DNA of 63,986 nucleotides, counting the filler, from Dimargaris cristalligena (Eukaryota), in the NCBI GenBank assembly GCA_003614675.1. It is 9 parts of 9 records of this genome, joined end to end, with 100 filler letters (N's around TTAATTAATTAA, not from the genome) between each part and the next. Parts side by side here need not be neighbours in the genome. Positions count along the whole stretch, not along the records: positions 57,899 to 63,986 come from ML003555.1; 8 more parts are not named here. One strand, 5' to 3'. Of this stretch, positions 60,785-63,986 are shown piece after piece. The notes beneath the pieces were generated by a model. The model did not search any database. It was not told the DNA's origin and was given only the letters and a program-made list of their open reading frames with translations. Made by a program: the position numbers and the translations under genes. Position 1 is the stretch's first letter. Every line of letters begins with the position of its first letter.

Positions 60785-63445
60785 ATGAGTTCCCCGCTAG
60801 CCCCAGCCCCGGCCACCAAGCGTCCCCACGTATGCCGTTTTTTCATCCGAGGATTCTGCCGAGCCGGCGAGGAATGCCGTTTTCGACATGACCCAACTGT
60901 CACCGAAAACCCAGCCCCATTAGAGCCCATCCTCCCAGAGGAGGAGGCCGCTGCGACGTCCAAACCTAAAGCAAAGCGCCGTCCCCGCACTAGGCCAGTG
61001 CATATGCGCTGGCCCCCGGCCTACCGCGCCTGCTTCAGTGAGTTGACCCAACACCCCGTTTGGCGAACCGACATTCAGGTCCAACCCGACGATCGAACCT
61101 GTCTGGTCTCGGTTGCCTTCCCCCCCGCCGACCCTGAATTGCCCTATGAGCTTCCCTACTTGCATTTGGACATTCTACTACCCCCCACCTCCAGCCAACG
61201 GCAGCGCCAGCAACGGCGACCCCCAACCCGACCGGGAGACGAACCCCCACCCGATGTACCGCCTACCTTTACTATTCGTAATGATGATATTCCCCTGGGA
61301 ATCCGGACGAACCTCGAAAAGGCCGCCCTGAAATTCTACCAACACCCATCGCCCACGCCTGGGTCATTGGTCAATGTAATTAATTATTTGAGTCTTAATT
61401 TGGAATCGTTATTGAAGGCCCCACCGGCTACTACGGTGCGATTTGTTAGCCACCAACAAATCGATCCCCGGCCACCTTTAGTTCGGCCGGGCCTAACGAA
61501 TGATCCAGCCACTGGTCCAGCTAACCCCACGGTATCCCGCCGGGAATTAGAATTAGGCCAGCTTCAGCGACGGTTCCGCTCTAGCTTCCAGTCTTTTGAC
61601 GCAGAGCCCAATGACCCAGCGGAGCTAATGACTATGCAATTGACCGCCACGGACCCGGATTTCCCCGAACCCCACCGGGATTTTTACCTGACGCTCTGCT
61701 TACCACGCAAATATCCGGCTGCCAGAGCCCAATGGACTTTGGAACCTGTCCACCCTGACCTCCACCTCACCGCGGCCAATCGGCGCACAATCGAAGTGGA
61801 ATTGGCCCGGCATGTCCGAGAATACCCTGGCAAGCCATTGCTTCAATTTGTCAACTGGATTGATCGGCAACTTATCAACTGGGTAAAGGAAACCTCCCCA
61901 CCCGAACCCTCTGATCTAGTCACCCAAGCGATGGAAAACTTGACCATCGAGCCATCCAGTGTGACCGCAGATGAAAGCTCCGCTATCGAGGAGGAGGTTA
62001 CTTCGGAGGAAATCACTGACACTAATCCAGCCTCCGAATCGGATGCGGTGTCGGACGAGGAGGCCGTGGCCACTCCGGACTCTACTGTGGCGTTATTCCC
62101 GGCCCCCACTTCTCGGGGCTTTGCCATCCAGGCCAGTAAAATCGATATGCAGGGGGTGGACCTATTTTTCGCCATCCAAATCGAACTGTCTGTGGTTTGC
62201 CGTCGCTGTCAAAACACCATTACCGTCAGCAATCTCAATGGTTCATACGAAATGCCCAACCTCAGCCGGCACTTTTCTGGCGGTGGCGGTGGCGGTGGCG
62301 GTGGCGGTGGCGGTGGCGGTGGCGGTGGCGATGGCGATGGCGATGGCGGTGATGCTGGGTCCAATATCGACCCAACCCGACTACCTTTGGCCAGTCTGTT
62401 CCGCGTAAATCAACCCCAGTGGCAGACCTGTGAAAGCTGTAAATTCGGTATAGGCGTGCGTTTCCGCCCTGGCTACCTTCATGCGGCTTCCCGTGTATTA
62501 GGCTACCTCGATTGCCACGGTTGCCAGCCTTTGGATTTGCTCCCCGGTACGTTCAACCTGCTGTGCGAAACCTGTCACATCTCCAGCCCTGAAACAACCG
62601 ATAGTCCCCTTCCCTCCCCCCCCGATACCCTTACCACCCCGCCTGAACAACTGCGTACTAAGATCAAGGATCCCAATTATATTATTGTCGAGAAGGCTCC
62701 CTATGATACGATAAATTCAACCCGGTGTAAACGTTGCCACCAGAAAATTACGTTCAACATTCAGGGAGTCCGGTTTCAGCACAATCTTCCGGGATGGCCC
62801 CTCTCCGTTCCTGCCAAATACCAGGGGGCTCCCCTAAAACCTACGCGGAAAGTGACGGATAAACAGCTGGGAATCGTGCCTGGCCAGGTAAGTTGATTTT
62901 CCTTTTGTTATCGATTTCATTGGTATCCCCATATGTACTGGTTATTTGAGTTTTATGTATTTGCTGGTCAGAGGAGTTCGTGGATATATTGCAGAACTGG
63001 TTCAAATTCCGTCTAAAATACTCCAAACTAACTTATATAATCTGTTACATTCTAAATCCAACGTGCAATCCTACTCGGGAATGGCAATTGAAATATCTAG
63101 CCACTCCCCAAGAAAGGTACATGTAAACATTATGGCAAGTCCTACCGGTGGTTCCGCTTCCCGTGCTGTGGCAAATTGTACCCCTGCGACACGTGTCATG
63201 ACGCACAAGAGACTGGCCATCCCGCCCAAATGGCCCGTCGGGTGATGTGCGGTTTGTGTTCTGAGGAACAGCCCTATCGCGGTGATGTGGAGATTTGCCG
63301 GTCCTGCGGGGGCACCTTTGCCAAGGGGTCAGACGGTCGGCCGTATTGGGAGGGCGGTAAAGGAATGCGTGATAAATCCAAGATGAGCCGAAAAGATGCC
63401 CACAAGTACCGGGGTCTTAACAAAACCGTGGCCAAGAAAGGCTAA
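60785..63445 (+). CDS. CCCH plus CHY zinc-finger protein (similar to S. pombe SPBC18H10.09 family); exons 60785-62887 and 63101-63445
   Basis: CRFFIRGFCRAGEECRFRH; C-terminal GTCKHYGKSYRWFRFPCCGKLYPCDTCHD...CGLC...CRSC...WEGGKGMRDKSKMSRKDAHKY. Confidence 0.88.
62279..62352 (+). repeat. (GGCGGT)n(GGCGAT)n coding microsatellite giving poly-Gly and Gly-Asp
   Basis: Hexamer repeat seen directly in frame. Confidence 0.95.
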
Positions 63446-63986
63446 TCGGTTGCTATACATCACTTCCGCTCTGACAAAACCTAGCCTCTCGCCCTGCTTA
63501 CGCATGCCCTGAATATTTAACTGGATTGGCCACATCTTCGCCAGACCATCTAACATCTGGTTAATGGAGACTATGGGCAGACCAATAAATATACCGATTT
63601 TGGAAAACAATGACAGATATACGCACAGCTATATATTGGATATGGGCATTATTGAAATGCAATCAATTAATAAAGATCGATTGGTCAAGCGTGTCGAGCT
63701 TTGAATTGTATATCAGGTTGGCGGAGATGGTTTGTTCAAATATTATCCGCCAATGTAAGGGAATAAACATACGACGAACTTGGACTGGATCAGGTATTGG
63801 TAAATACATAAACCAATTCCAGAAAATAGTCGAGTATCCAGGACTCGGTATTTGTAAGATGTAGTTGGGGAATTCGAAGTAGTCTAGGATTATATCTATA
63901 TCTAATCAAGAAAATTCACCAGGTAGTCGGGATTGGAGTCTTCGCAAATGTCCGAAGGTCCGCTTGGCTTTTATGAAAAGTCCCTC

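Overview
This window is not one locus. It is nine unrelated contigs of about 7.1 kb, sorted by length and joined by 100-nt N/TTAATTAATTAA/N linkers: A 1-7148, B 7249-14396, C 14497-21642, D 21743-28884, E 28985-36124, F 36225-43352, G 43453-50576, H 50677-57798, I 57899-end. Most contigs look like an early-diverging fungus with spliceosomal introns; a zoopagomycete such as a Dimargaritales mycoparasite is my inference and is not verified. A holds three decayed LTR retrotransposons: a Bianca-like copia, a half-tRNA-primed copia and a chromovirus nested in the latter. B carries the 5' part of LTN1. C is AT-rich repeat DNA with solo LTRs and an SMC5 pseudogene. D is mitochondrial: rnl 3' end with two group I introns and a GIY-YIG ORF, rns, a dead NUMOD1-LAGLIDADG gene and an orphan 3' half of nad5. 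E has an F-box/LRR pseudogene, a secreted protein and a divergent IRE1-like kinase-RNase end. F has a half-size ABCA transporter, G an orphan repeat protein, H Byr4/Bfa1 and MED9, and I a signal-peptide plus F-box protein and a CCCH/CHY zinc-finger gene. The best leads are (1) a split nad5 starting right after a tRNA-like element, (2) two secreted F-box-like genes that both have a 222-nt first exon, a candidate effector family, (3) RIP-like C-to-T hypermutation of repeats, (4) an rnl group I intron apparently ending in A, and (5) a plant-type Bianca copia beside an element with a yeast-like primer site. All family assignments come from motif recognition by eye; no searches were run.
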